Shown piece by piece: positions 10,010 through 20,116 of a stretch of DNA of 64,000 nt. The stretch is taken from positions 64,001 through 128,000 of the forward strand of contig JBGAML010000010.1 in the NCBI GenBank assembly GCA_044223005.1. Reading direction: 5' to 3'. The DNA is from Candidatus Eiseniibacteriota bacterium. GTDB taxonomy: Bacteria > Eisenbacteria > RBG-16-71-46. The position numbers and the translations under genes were made by a program. Positions within the stretch are counted from its first letter, which is position 1. The number at the start of each line of letters is the position of its first letter. Under the pieces are notes generated by a model. It did no database searches. It saw only the letters and a list, made by a program, of their open reading frames with translations, and had not been told where the DNA came from.

Positions 10010-10198
10010 GGCCGCGCTCTCGACTGCCTGTCGAGAAGACAACACGGGGTCAAGATCCGCGCGTGACGTGAACCTCCGTTGCGCGCGGTGTCTCTGATGG
10101 ATCAGGTTCGCGTCACTCGTGCCGAAGCATCGGGATGAGAGAGACGCGACTCTCGGATCTGGATCGACTTCGCCCCCTCGGCCGCACCGGGTGTCCCC

Positions 10199-11422
10199 GT
10201 GAACGTCGTGCCGCCGCCGTCGTACCCATTCACCCGTTTCACCCGCTCGCTCCGCGCGAGCCTGCGCATCGCGCTGTTCGCCGCGAGCGCGCTCGCGTTC
10301 GCGTTCACGCGCGCCCACGGCGCGACGGAGGCGCCGCAGAGCCTCGCCACCGTGCCGCTCGTCGAGAGCGTGCCGCGGCCGCACGTGTTCGGCGCCCCGG
10401 AGGCGCCGGCGAACCCGCGCGCCGAGCCGGCGTTCTATCACTCGCTTCCCTACGGCAGCGAAGCGCTCGTGAACCCAGTCCGCCTGATCGTGAACGGTGG
10501 CTTCGGGATCCTGCAGTTCGACAACCGCGACAACGCGTTCGGGTCGGTGCGCTACGGAGCCGGCTGGCATCGCGTGTGGAGCGACGTCGGCCATCCGGTG
10601 CGCGCGATCGAAACGGGCGGCTGGCGGAACTTCGTCGAGTCCGAGCTGCTCCCGATCAGCATGAACCACCGCGACGCGCGCTACTGGCCCAACTACACGC
10701 TGCACCTGGTCGGCGGCGGCATGAGCTACGCGAACATGACCGAGTGGTACGCCGCGCATGGCTACGCGCATCCGCAGCGCTGGGCGCAGCGCACGCTGGT
10801 CGCGTACCACCTGCTCAACGAGGTGGTCGAGAACGACGACCAGCCCGGACCCACGACGGACGCGCTCACCGACCTGCTGATCTTCGACCCCGCGGGCGTC
10901 TGGCTCTTCAGCCATCCCGGCGTGCGGGGCTTCTTCGGGCGCACGCTCGAGATGCGCGACTGGTCCAACCAGCCGGCGATCGACCCGCGACGCGGCACGA
11001 TCGTGAACAACGGCCAGAACTTCTCGATCAAGTGGGGACCGCGCTGGAGCGGGCCCGTGCGGTTCTTCTACTACTTCGGCAACCACGGCGAAGCGGGCCT
11101 GAGCTTCCGGCGCGCGAACGGCTCGTCGTTCTCGGCCGCGGGGGGCTTCAGCGCCAGCACGCTGGTCGACCTCGGCCGCGGCGACCGCACCGCGGAACTG
11201 CTGCCGTCCTCGGGGCTCTTCTACGATCGCAACGGCTCGCTGCTCGTCTCGGTGATCGCGACGCGCTCGCACCGGAACCGGCTGCGAGTGAACGCGTACC
11301 CCGGCTGGCTGCGCGTGCACGGCCACACCGCGGGCGCGTTCGCGATCTGGAACGACCGCGGCGAGGCGACGCTGGGCCTCTCGCTGGCCGGGCTGCCGGT
11401 CGGCGTCGCCGGCCGGCCCTGA
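10199..11422 (+). CDS. Exported hypothetical protein, DUF3943-like N-terminal half and probable beta-strand C-terminal half
   Basis: Signal-like N-terminus; NYTLHLVGGGMSY and NEVVE...DLLIFDPAG patterns; alternating aromatic/Gly strands. Start uncertain. Confidence 0.6.
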   Translation: MNVVPPPSYPFTRFTRSLRASLRIALFAASALAFAFTRAHGATEAPQSLATVPLVESVPRPHVFGAPEAPANPRAEPAFYHSLPYGSEALVNPVRLIVNGGFGILQFDNRDNAFGSVRYGAGWHRVWSDVGHPVRAIETGGWRNFVESELLPISMNHRDARYWPNYTLHLVGGGMSYANMTEWYAAHGYAHPQRWAQRTLVAYHLLNEVVENDDQPGPTTDALTDLLIFDPAGVWLFSHPGVRGFFGRTLEMRDWSNQPAIDPRRGTIVNNGQNFSIKWGPRWSGPVRFFYYFGNHGEAGLSFRRANGSSFSAAGGFSASTLVDLGRGDRTAELLPSSGLFYDRNGSLLVSVIATRSHRNRLRVNAYPGWLRVHGHTAGAFAIWNDRGEATLGLSLAGLPVGVAGRP

Positions 11423-11435
11423 CGCCGGAACGCGA

Positions 11436-11467
11436 ACGGCCGGCGCCCGTCCGCGGGCGCCGGCCGT
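11436..11467. terminator. GC hairpin between convergent genes
   Basis: ACGGCCGGCGCCCG-tccg-CGGGCGCCGGCCGT, a perfect 14-bp stem. Confidence 0.55.
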
Positions 11468-11486
11468 CGCGTGAACCGGAGGCCGG

Positions 11487-13718
11487 TCAGGGCTTCGGGC
11501 CCACCAGCACGCGCGCGTCGAGCGCCACGCACCCGCGCCCGGGCGGCATCACCTTGAGCGGGTTCAGGTCGAGCTCGCGCAGCTCGGGCACGTCGCCCAC
11601 CATCTGCGACACGCGCAGGATCGTCTCCTCGAGCTTCGCGACGTCGCCCGGAGGCGCGCCGCGGTAGCCGTCGAGCAGCTTCGCGCCGCGGATGCCGCGC
11701 ACCATCTGCGCGGCGTCGCGGTCGGTGAGCGGGTGAACGCGGAAGTAGACGTCCTTCAGCAGTTCCACCTGCACGCCGCCCAGGCCGAACAGCATGAGCG
11801 GGCCGAAGCTCGGATCGCGCGTCATGCCGACGATCGTCTCGAGCCCTTCGCGGATCATCGGCTGGATCGTGACGCCGGCCATCTCGGCGCGCTTGCCGAT
11901 CTCGCCGAGCTTCTTCTCGATCGCACCGAACGCCTCGCGCACCTCGCCCGCGTTGCGCAGGTCGAGCCGCACGCCGCCCACGTCACTCTTGTGCGTGATC
12001 GTGTCGCTCGCGAGCTTGACCGCGACCGGGAACCCGAGCTTCGTGGCCGCGGCCGCCGCCTCGTCCGCGGTCTTCGCGAACTCGACGGGCGGCGTCGCGA
12101 TGCGATACGCGGCGAGCAGGGCGGTCACTTCGTCGGGCGTCAGCCACGCACCCTTCTCGTCCGCGCGCTTGAGCGCCCCGTCCACCACGGCGCGAGCGCC
12201 GGCACGATCGACGTCGGCGTACACGGGCACGACGCCGTCGGGCGACTGCAGCCAGCGGCCGTAGCGAACCGCGTGCGAGAGCGCGATCGCCGCCGCCTCG
12301 GGGAACGTGTACGACGGAATGTGCCCGGCCTGCAGGCTCTTGAGCCCCTCGGGCACGCCGTGCGAGCCGAGAAAGCACGAGAGCACCGGCTTGGGGTCCT
12401 CGCCGCGCGCACGTGCGTCGGCCTTGGCGGCCTCGTTGCCGCGCACGATCGCCTGCGCCACTTCCATCGGGTTGGTCACGATGGGCGGCACGTAGAGCAC
12501 GATCAGCGCGTCGAGGTTCGGGTCCTTCGCCATGATGCGCACGGCCTTCTCGAACGCCTCGGGCGTCGCGGACGCGATCATGTCGACGGGATTGCGCGTG
12601 CTCGCCTCGGCCGGCAGGAACGCCTGCAGCTCGGCGCGCGTCGCGTCGGTCAGGCCCACCACCTCGAGCCCGCGGGTCTCGCACGCGTCGGATGCCATGA
12701 TCGCGGGCCCGCCCGCGTTGGTCACGATGCCGACGCGATGCCCCTTCGGCACCGGCTGGTTCGCGAGCACGATCGCGACGTCGAAGAGCTCTTCCAGCGT
12801 GTCGGTGCGGATCACGCCGGCCTGCGCGCAGAGCGCGGTCACCGCGGTGTCGGCGCCCGCGAGCGAGCCCGTGTGCGACGACGCGGCGCGAATGCCGGCG
12901 CTCGTGCGACCGCTCTTCACCGCGAGGATCGGCTTCTTGCGGCCGACGCGGCGCGCGATCTCGAGGAAGCGATGCGGATTACCGAACGACTCCAGGTAGA
13001 GCAGGATGATGCGCGTGCCCGGATCCTTCTCCCAGTACTCGAGCAGGTCGTTGCCGGACACGTCGGCCTTGTTGCCCACGCTCACGAAGTGCGAGAGCCC
13101 GACGTTGAGCGCGTTCGCGTATTCGATGATCGCGAGCCCGAGCGCGCCGCTCTGCGACGAGAACGCGACCGGTCCCGGCGGCGGGAACGGCGGCGCGAAC
13201 GTCGCGTCCATGCTCACGCCGGCTTCGGTGTTGAGCACGCCGAGGCAGTTGGGACCGACCACGCGCATGCCGTACTTGCGCGCGATCGCGAGCAGTTCGC
13301 GTTCGCGCTCGACGCCTTCGCCGCCCACTTCCTTGAAGCCGGCGCTGATCACGACCGCGCCCTTCACGCCCTTCCTGCCGCACTCCTCGAGCGTCGCGTT
13401 CACGTGCTTGCCCGGCACCACGATCAACGCGAGGTCCACGGATTCCGGAACGTCGGTGATGCTCGGGTAGGCGCGCACGCTCTGCACGGTCGGTGACTTG
13501 GGGTTCACCGGGTACACGGCGCCCTGGAAGTCGTGCTTGATGAGGTTGTGGAACAGGGCGCCGCCGACCGTCGTGCGGTCGCGCGAGGCGCCGATGACGG
13601 CGATCGAACGGGGACGGAAGATGGCGTCGAGGCCCGCGCCCCCTTCGGGCTTGGGCGCGATCGGTCCGGTGGCCTTGGCGGCCGGCGTGGCGGGAAGCGT
13701 CAGGTCGGGCTCGTTCAT
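11487..13718 (-). CDS. Acetate/acyl-CoA ligase (ADP-forming), fused CoA-binding and ATP-grasp domains
   Basis: Motifs IAVIGAS, GPNCLG, SQSGALG, AASSHTGSL (catalytic His), NPVDM, HKSDVGGV, DLNPL. Start at ATG 13718. Confidence 0.92.
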   Translation of the reverse strand: MNEPDLTLPATPAAKATGPIAPKPEGGAGLDAIFRPRSIAVIGASRDRTTVGGALFHNLIKHDFQGAVYPVNPKSPTVQSVRAYPSITDVPESVDLALIVVPGKHVNATLEECGRKGVKGAVVISAGFKEVGGEGVERERELLAIARKYGMRVVGPNCLGVLNTEAGVSMDATFAPPFPPPGPVAFSSQSGALGLAIIEYANALNVGLSHFVSVGNKADVSGNDLLEYWEKDPGTRIILLYLESFGNPHRFLEIARRVGRKKPILAVKSGRTSAGIRAASSHTGSLAGADTAVTALCAQAGVIRTDTLEELFDVAIVLANQPVPKGHRVGIVTNAGGPAIMASDACETRGLEVVGLTDATRAELQAFLPAEASTRNPVDMIASATPEAFEKAVRIMAKDPNLDALIVLYVPPIVTNPMEVAQAIVRGNEAAKADARARGEDPKPVLSCFLGSHGVPEGLKSLQAGHIPSYTFPEAAAIALSHAVRYGRWLQSPDGVVPVYADVDRAGARAVVDGALKRADEKGAWLTPDEVTALLAAYRIATPPVEFAKTADEAAAAATKLGFPVAVKLASDTITHKSDVGGVRLDLRNAGEVREAFGAIEKKLGEIGKRAEMAGVTIQPMIREGLETIVGMTRDPSFGPLMLFGLGGVQVELLKDVYFRVHPLTDRDAAQMVRGIRGAKLLDGYRGAPPGDVAKLEETILRVSQMVGDVPELRELDLNPLKVMPPGRGCVALDARVLVGPKP

Positions 13719-14031
13719 GGTCGGCTCCGTGGAGGTCCGCGCAGGGCGCCGGGTCGCCCGGCCACCGCGCGTTCGCACTTGCGTTTCGAGCAATCCGCGA
13801 GCCATCCGGACGGCGCCGGAACGTCTCCCGCCGGTGGATGCTCCCCGCTGTGCGCAGCGAAGATGCACGCGCGGACCGGCGAGCGCCAAGTTGCGACCCG
13901 AGTCCCGGCGCCGACATGCGCGCAGGCCGTCTGCCACGCTGGCAGGCGCCCCGCGCGGACCGGACCGTGCTAGTTTCGCGTTCCCGTTCCCCGGCACGCG
14001 CCTCGCGGGCGCGATTCCCTCGAGAGATGCC

Positions 14032-15009
14032 ATGTCCCGCCTGATCCGGATCGCCTCGGCCGCCGTCACGCTGGCGCTGTTCGCCGCGAGCTGCGGCAAG
14101 ACCACGTCGACCTCGGGTCCCACGGGGGACGACAAGGGCGAGCACCTGCTCGCATTCACGACCACGCGCCTCTCGGGCGGCGCCGAAGCCGACGTCGCGC
14201 TCTACGACATCGACACGGGCGTGTTCCGCTCGGTCGCGGGACTCAACACGTCGGCCGGGCAGTCGGAGCCCTGCCTCACGGACGACGGCAGCGTGATCGT
14301 GTTCGCGAGCGCGCGCAGCGGCAGCGTGGGCGGGACCGATCTCTGGATCTACGACCGGCTGCTGCAGAAGGTGCAGACCGCGCCGGGCCTGAACAGCGCC
14401 GTGAACGAGTCGTGGCCGCGCTTCACGCACGACGGCAAGCGCCTCGCGTTCGTGCGCGACACACTGGGCGCGAAGCGCGTGCGGCTGTTCGATGCGACCA
14501 CGTCGCGGCTCGTGCCGCTGCCCGGGCTCGACGCCGCGGGCGCGGCCAGCGACGACCAGCCCGCGCCGGATCTCGCGGGCGACCGGATCGCGTTCGCGTC
14601 CGACCGCTCGGGCGCCGGACACGTGCTGGTGTGGAACCGCGTGGGCGGGCTCGGCACGTACATCGGACTCGACGGCGACACGGTGGACACCGAACCGTCG
14701 CTCTCTTCCAACGGCCGCTGGCTCGCGTTCGCGAGCAACCGCTCCGGCGGCGCGGGCGGCTGGGACGTCTATCTCTACGACCTGCAGATGGCCGCGCTGG
14801 TGCGCCTGCCGCGCTGCAACACCACGGGCGACGAACGCCATCCGTCGGTGAGCGCCGACGGCCAGCGGATCGCGATGCAGGCGCGCACGAGCCCCACCGG
14901 CCACTGGAGCCTCTGGGTCTACACGCTCGGCGATTCGTCGCGGCTGCAGCCCACGCCGCTCGCCGCCAGCAGCGCGGACGACGTGCAGCCGGGCATGCGC
15001 TGGCGCTGA
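14032..15009 (+). CDS. TolB-like PD40-repeat lipoprotein
   Basis: Lipobox FAASC; repeated P...DG..IAF.S.R units. Confidence 0.82.
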   Translation: MSRLIRIASAAVTLALFAASCGKTTSTSGPTGDDKGEHLLAFTTTRLSGGAEADVALYDIDTGVFRSVAGLNTSAGQSEPCLTDDGSVIVFASARSGSVGGTDLWIYDRLLQKVQTAPGLNSAVNESWPRFTHDGKRLAFVRDTLGAKRVRLFDATTSRLVPLPGLDAAGAASDDQPAPDLAGDRIAFASDRSGAGHVLVWNRVGGLGTYIGLDGDTVDTEPSLSSNGRWLAFASNRSGGAGGWDVYLYDLQMAALVRLPRCNTTGDERHPSVSADGQRIAMQARTSPTGHWSLWVYTLGDSSRLQPTPLAASSADDVQPGMRWR

Positions 15010-15314
15010 AATCGCGCCACGCGCGATCGCGACGCCGCTCGACGCGGGGCTGCCCGCAGGCGAGCGCTCGCTCGCCCGGGACGGGCGCGACGGCGCCGGG
15101 GGTCCACCTCGTTTCGCTCGAGAGCGTCGGCGCGCGGCGCCCCGCGCGGCTGGTCCTTCTGGAGTAGCTCCGGCGGAGGAATCGCGATCGAACGGCGGGG
15201 AGCGGCGGGCGTAACATCGTTCCACGCACCCCGCAGGACCTCCCGGACTTCGACGCCGTCCCCCGGCCGAGAGCATCGCCTGCCCTCCCGATTCCCGACG
15301 TGGAGGTCGTCGCC

Positions 15315-17138
15315 ATGCGCACGTTCGCGCCGCTCGCCGCAGCACTGCTGCTCGCCACCTCCTTCGCGGCGCCCGCGCACGCCGCGTGGCCCACGTCGCC
15401 CACCGTCAACGTGCCCGTGTGCACGGCGGCGGGTTACCAGCTCCAGCCTTGCGTCACCTCCGACAGCTCCGGAGGGGCGATCGTCGCCTGGGTGGATTTC
15501 CGCGGCGGGATCCCCGCGCCCGCGAGTGGCATGTACGCGCAACACCTGCTCGTCACCGGCACCGTCGACCCGGCCTGGCCCGTGAATGGTGTCCAGCTCT
15601 GGAGTGGAACCGGCTGGCTGCCCAAGATCGTCGCCGACGGCGTCGGCGGCGCGATCGTCACGTGGACGGACCTCGCGGCGGTCGACCGACGAATCCTCGC
15701 GCAGCATGTACGAGCGGACGGCACGCTCGATCCCGCGTGGCCGGCGGGCGGGGTCGTGCTGTGCGCCGCACCTGGCCTTCGGAACGACGACGCGATCGAG
15801 GTGGGCTGGGGCTACCAGCTCGCGGCCTCCGACGGCGCGGGCGGGCTGCTCGTCGCATGGGATGACCAGCGCAGCGGTACGTGGGACATCTACGCCCAGC
15901 GCGTACTGGCCTCGGGCGCGATCGCACCGGGATGGCCGACGAACGGCCTCGCGCTCTGCACTGCGGCCGGGGATCAGTTCTTCCCCGCGCTCATGCACGA
16001 CGGTGCGGGCGGCGCGATCGTGTGCTGGGAGGATCGCCGCGGCGGGGCCAATCTCCGCACCTACGCGCAGCACGTCCTCGGTTCGGGCAGCGTCGATCCC
16101 GCGTGGACCGCGAACGGCAACCTCGTCAGCGACGCCACCGGCTGGCGTCCGAGCCTCGTCACCGACGGCAGCACCGGGGCGATCGTCGCGCAGCGCGCGG
16201 AGCCGTACTCGATCCGCGCGCAGCACCTGCGCATCGACGGCACTGCGGACCCGGCGTGGCCCATCGGCGGCCGCAAGATCCCCTGGCGTGACAGCCTGCT
16301 CATCGGTTACTCGCACGGCCCCGTACGCCTCGCGCCCGACGGAGCGAACGGGGCGTTCCTCGCGTGGCTCGAGATTCCCGCGCAGAGTGGTGGCTGGTAC
16401 AACGTGGGCGAGGCCGCGATCGACGCATCCGGAAACCTCACCGCCTCCTTGACGGTGGGTGCGATCGCGTTCGTGAACGCCTCGTTGGCCTCCGTCGACG
16501 GGGTCAGCGGCGATTGGTCCGGCATCGCGATCGCCCCGGGCGGCGGCGGCGTGCTGATGCTGCAGTCGACCTACCCGCCATCCGCGTTGGGGCCCGTCAA
16601 CCTCGAGGCCTGGCGCTTCTACCGCACCGGGGACGACAGCCCGGCCTGGAGCGCGAACGCACCGACCTCCGTCACGATCGCGCCGGGCAAGCAACTCAAC
16701 CCCGACCTGGTTCCCGACGGCTTCGGGGGCGCCATCGCCGTCTGGCAGGACAACCGCGCGGATTCCTCCGGCGGGAACTTCGACATCTACGCCCAGCGCC
16801 TCTCCACCGCCGGCCAGATGGTCGGCGTCGGCGATCCGCCGACGCTCGCGACATCGCTCGCGCTCGCCGCGCCCGCGCCCAACCCGGCGTCACGCGCGAC
16901 CACGCTGCGCTACGCGCTGCCGGCCGCGGCGCGCGTCTCGCTGCGCATCTACGACGCCGCGGGCCGGCTCGTGCGGACGCTGGCCGACACCGAGCAGGGC
17001 GCGGGCGCACATGCGGCAACGTGGGACCTGTGCGACGACGCGGGCCGCATCGCGAGCCCGGGCCTCTACTTCGCGCGACTCGAGGCGGGCGGACACTCGG
17101 CTGTTCGCCGGATCGTGCTCGAACGTTGGGAGGATTAG
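15315..17138 (+). CDS. Secreted repeat (probable beta-propeller) protein with FlgD-Ig-like C-terminal domain
   Basis: Signal peptide ending AHA; repeats DG.GGAIV.W.D.R...IYAQR...G..DPAW; C-terminus PNP...IYDAAGRLV...GLYFARL. Confidence 0.82.
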   Translation: MRTFAPLAAALLLATSFAAPAHAAWPTSPTVNVPVCTAAGYQLQPCVTSDSSGGAIVAWVDFRGGIPAPASGMYAQHLLVTGTVDPAWPVNGVQLWSGTGWLPKIVADGVGGAIVTWTDLAAVDRRILAQHVRADGTLDPAWPAGGVVLCAAPGLRNDDAIEVGWGYQLAASDGAGGLLVAWDDQRSGTWDIYAQRVLASGAIAPGWPTNGLALCTAAGDQFFPALMHDGAGGAIVCWEDRRGGANLRTYAQHVLGSGSVDPAWTANGNLVSDATGWRPSLVTDGSTGAIVAQRAEPYSIRAQHLRIDGTADPAWPIGGRKIPWRDSLLIGYSHGPVRLAPDGANGAFLAWLEIPAQSGGWYNVGEAAIDASGNLTASLTVGAIAFVNASLASVDGVSGDWSGIAIAPGGGGVLMLQSTYPPSALGPVNLEAWRFYRTGDDSPAWSANAPTSVTIAPGKQLNPDLVPDGFGGAIAVWQDNRADSSGGNFDIYAQRLSTAGQMVGVGDPPTLATSLALAAPAPNPASRATTLRYALPAAARVSLRIYDAAGRLVRTLADTEQGAGAHAATWDLCDDAGRIASPGLYFARLEAGGHSAVRRIVLERWED

Positions 17139-17243
17139 CGCACCGCTCGCGAGATTCTCCGAAGGTCCGGGGGGATTCGCGGCTACTGTGCGGATCCCCC
17201 GCACGTTTCCCGCCGAACCGTGCTCCATCCCACGGAGGCCGTC

Positions 17244-19667
17244 ATGGTCCCGCACGCCCGCCCCAGCGCGCGCTCGTCGCGCCCGCTCGCCCGGCTGCTC
17301 GTCATCCTCGCGCTGCTCGCCGGCGCGTTCGTCCCCACCGCACGCGCCGCCGATCCGGCGGTCAGCTTCAACCCGACCTTCAACGGCGGCGCGTTCACGT
17401 ACGGCTGGGCGCCCGCGCTGGGCGGCACCTTCACCGCGTTCACGAACCACAATACGGACGGCTTCGGGCTCCAGTACTGGGACTTCGCGACCAACCAGGC
17501 GCGCGTGAGCCGGAACGGCACCGGGGTCGCCAAGAACATCGGCTCCAACACGACCGTCCAGCCCGGCGACCTCGTGCTGCTGCCGGGCTCGACGACGCCG
17601 TACGTGATCGTGCGCTACACGGCGCCGGCCGCGGGCTCCTATGCGATCAATGCGCGCTTCACCCGCCGCTCCACGAACACGTTCTTCGGCGCCGACGTGG
17701 CCGTGGTGCAGGGCACCAGCGTGCTCTGGTCGCGCTGGATCTCCGTGGACATGGGCGGCCTCGCGAGCGTCTCGACCAGCGTCACGCTGGCCAAGAACGA
17801 CGTCGTCGACTTCGCGGTCGGGCCGGCGGACGGCTCGAACAACTCCGATGCGATCGCGCTCGATGCGACGATCGACCTCGAGCCCTCCCCGGGCCCGGCG
17901 GGCGCGGTGATCCCGTTCGGTGGCCAGCGCTATGTCGCCTGCCTCGGCGACTCGGCGGGTGAATCGATCGCGTTCGATCCCGTGAACAAGCGCACCGTGT
18001 CCAACGACGCGATCCGCAACCCGTGCGGCGGGATCGTGTACTCCACCAACATGTTCGCGCCCGGCCTCGCCTGGGACCAGCGCACGAGCACGTTCTGGCA
18101 GATCAGCAACACGCGCGTGGTGAAGAACTACACGCCCGCCGGCGTGCTGGTCAGCACGCAGTTCACGATCCCGCTCACGTTCACCGTTCCCGGCTGGGGC
18201 CTCGACACGCTCGAGACGCCCAAGGGCATCGCCACCGACTCCAACTTCGTCTACGTGGTCGACGCGGGTGACGGCGGCGTGCAGGGCCAGATCCACGCGA
18301 ACGAGTGGTTCAAGTTCACCCGCACCGGCACGCCGGTCACCTCGTCCAAGCTCACCAACTTCCACGCCAACCTGGACCTCGCGCCGGACTGCATCGTGGA
18401 CGACGTCGTCTACGTGCCGTTCTCCTCGCCGATCTACCCGGGCAAGCTGCTGATCCCGCTCGAGCACAGCGGCATCCAGGTGATCGACCCGAACGGCAAC
18501 TTCGTCGCCAAGTTCCGCTGGACCGACGTGGGCGTGCCGTTCGGCGTCAAGGTGTCGGCGTTCGCCGGGCTGACGATCGATCCGACGACCGGCAATCTCC
18601 ACCTGGTCGAGAACGACGGTGGCGGACCGTCCCAGGGCCGCACGCAGGTGTGGACGCGGCTCCCGCAGGCCGCCGCGACCTCGTACGTGGTCGGGGTGGG
18701 CGGCAGCCTGCCGCGGCTCCAGTACCCGAACCCGGGCTGCAACCGGCCGCTGCTCCTGCCGTCGCCCGCGTCGGCGAGCCTGACGTTCGGCATCGCGTAC
18801 CGGCCGGCCAACGCTTCCGTTTACGGCGTGGATTTCGGCGGCGGCCAGATGCACCGCTTCAATCCCGCCACCGGGTACGCGGATCGCGTGGCCGCGACCG
18901 GCATCCCCGACATCTGGGGCGTGGCCTACGACGCCACCCGCGACGTTCTCTACGGGATCGACCAGGCCGTCTCGCCGTCGCCGCGGATCGTGAAGATCGA
19001 CCCGGTGACCGGCAGCGCGAGCCCGCTGCCGGGCTACGTCGGCTACTCGATGGACGACATCGCATTCGACACCGTGGACAACAGGATCTATGGCGTCGGG
19101 TTCAACGGCGTGAACCCGCAGCTCGTGCGCATCGATCGCGACACCGGCGTGGGCACGCTGGTCGGCGGAACCACGGTCAACACGCGCGGGATCGAGTTCG
19201 ACCCGGTGAGCAACAAGCTGGTGGCGATGACGAGCGGTCCGTCCACCTCCACGCTCTACAGCATCGACCCGGCGACCGGGGCGTTCACGACGCTGGCATC
19301 GGGGCTGCAGACGCAGGGCTGGGAAGGGCTTGCGGTCGTGCCCGTACCGGCGGCGACGTCAGTGGCGGACGCCCCGCCAGCGGCGCGCGCGCCGACCGCG
19401 GAGCTGGCCGTGGCGCCGAATCCCTCCCGCGGCGACGCATCGATCGCGTTCTCCCTGGCGACGGGAGCGGACGTCGACGCGTCGGTGTACGACGTGAGCG
19501 GGCGCCTGGTGCGGCGTCTCGTGCGCGGGCATTTCGCGGCGGGCCGGCATGCGCTGACGTGGGACGGCCGCGACGGCGACGGCCGCACCGTCGCGAGCGG
19601 CGTCTACTTCGTGCGCGTCGATCGCGGAAGCGAATCACTCGTCGCGCGCACCGTGCGGCTCGAATAG
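17244..19667 (+). CDS. Secreted beta-propeller protein with FlgD-Ig-like C-terminal domain
   Basis: ATG at 17244 after GGAGG; signal peptide; repeats IA(Y/F)D....LYG...IDP.TG; C-terminus PNPS...VYDVSGRLV...WDGRD...SGVYFV. Confidence 0.8.
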   Translation: MVPHARPSARSSRPLARLLVILALLAGAFVPTARAADPAVSFNPTFNGGAFTYGWAPALGGTFTAFTNHNTDGFGLQYWDFATNQARVSRNGTGVAKNIGSNTTVQPGDLVLLPGSTTPYVIVRYTAPAAGSYAINARFTRRSTNTFFGADVAVVQGTSVLWSRWISVDMGGLASVSTSVTLAKNDVVDFAVGPADGSNNSDAIALDATIDLEPSPGPAGAVIPFGGQRYVACLGDSAGESIAFDPVNKRTVSNDAIRNPCGGIVYSTNMFAPGLAWDQRTSTFWQISNTRVVKNYTPAGVLVSTQFTIPLTFTVPGWGLDTLETPKGIATDSNFVYVVDAGDGGVQGQIHANEWFKFTRTGTPVTSSKLTNFHANLDLAPDCIVDDVVYVPFSSPIYPGKLLIPLEHSGIQVIDPNGNFVAKFRWTDVGVPFGVKVSAFAGLTIDPTTGNLHLVENDGGGPSQGRTQVWTRLPQAAATSYVVGVGGSLPRLQYPNPGCNRPLLLPSPASASLTFGIAYRPANASVYGVDFGGGQMHRFNPATGYADRVAATGIPDIWGVAYDATRDVLYGIDQAVSPSPRIVKIDPVTGSASPLPGYVGYSMDDIAFDTVDNRIYGVGFNGVNPQLVRIDRDTGVGTLVGGTTVNTRGIEFDPVSNKLVAMTSGPSTSTLYSIDPATGAFTTLASGLQTQGWEGLAVVPVPAATSVADAPPAARAPTAELAVAPNPSRGDASIAFSLATGADVDASVYDVSGRLVRRLVRGHFAAGRHALTWDGRDGDGRTVASGVYFVRVDRGSESLVARTVRLE

Positions 19668-20116
19668 CGCGTTCGCTTCACGTTTCGCGCGAACCGGATC
19701 ACGCGCGCGTCGCGAGCACCGCTCGTGGCGCGCGCGCGTTTTCATCTCGGGCACGGCGCGGTCCTTGCGTGACGCGAGAGACTCTCGTTGGCGAAATCAC
19801 GCGCGCGGCGCGCGTCCGCACCAGTCGCGGGCGGCGCGTGTCCAGCGAAATAATTGCGGCGATTCATGCGGGAATTTTTCCGGTTGAATCGGTGCGTGCG
19901 CACGGTGCATAAACCAACTCCCCCGCAGTCGCGAGCCGACTCCTCTGCGACTGGCGAGACATTCACTCACGCGAAGTTCGAGAGCAGGAACTGGCTTTGA
20001 TGATCAGGCCAGCCCGGATGGCGTCACGAGTGGCCCCTGGCCCCGGCGCCGTCCCGGCCGGACCATCGTCAGGGATGCAGGTCCAGCACCGCAGCACGGA
20101 CCAGGAGGGTCCTTCC

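Noticed and set aside
10091..10130. Hammerhead ribozyme or glycine riboswitch
   Set aside because: CTGATGG is not CTGATGA and there is no correctly placed GAAA core. The glycine aptamer elements are incomplete and out of order.
19869..19935. Canonical cobalamin riboswitch upstream of nrdJ
   Set aside because: Only fragments resemble the consensus, the spacing is off and no B12 box is recognisable. Kept only as an unassigned structured leader.
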